6,201 bases of DNA from the NCBI RefSeq assembly GCF_006345805.1, contig NW_021829371.1, positions 1 to 6,201 of the forward strand, in the 5' to 3' direction. Each line of letters opens with the position of its first letter. The stretch's first letter is position 1. The stretch comes from Octopus sinensis. Taxonomy: Eukaryota. Under the pieces are notes generated by a model. That model saw only the letters and a program-made list of their open reading frames with translations. It was not told the origin of the DNA and searched no databases. The translations under genes were made by a program, and so were the position numbers. This document shows, one piece after another, positions 6,078-6,201 of the stretch.

Positions 6078-6201
6078 TTCTTTTGTTCATTCCTCTATAT
6101 TTTGAGGCATTTGACTGAGGCCATGCTGCAGCACCGCCTCCAGTCAAACAAATCAATCCGGGGACATATCCTTTGTAAGCCGAGTACTTATCCTATCGAT
6201 C
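6078..6201 (-). mobile_element. SINE family A 3' tail (rest lies beyond the window end)
   Basis: catttgactgaggccatgctgcagcaccgcct...ttgtaagcc.agtactta..ctatcg is colinear with 4228-4320. Confidence 0.85.

Overview
Eukaryotic, AT-rich, repeat-dominated non-coding DNA with no credible host gene. The repeat families resemble ones I recall from octopus/cephalopod genomes, which is an inference and not a database result. The window opens with the 3' end of a CR1/L2-group LINE (RT C-terminus, one frameshift, 3' UTR). It holds about 11 SINE copies or fragments from at least four modular families (my labels A, B, C, V), extensive TA/TG/CAT microsatellites, a possible decayed second LINE RT remnant, and a ~345 bp foldback element. 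The most notable observations: (1) a decayed type I hammerhead-ribozyme-like motif between 136-bp-period direct repeats in the foldback element (Penelope/retrozyme-like); (2) a LINE and SINE family A sharing a 3' tail with a covarying stem-loop; (3) a trimeric family-B SINE bounded by one 17-bp target-site duplication; (4) domain shuffling among SINE families. Apart from the LINE ORF, the ORF-track entries look like artefacts of repeats and low-complexity DNA.
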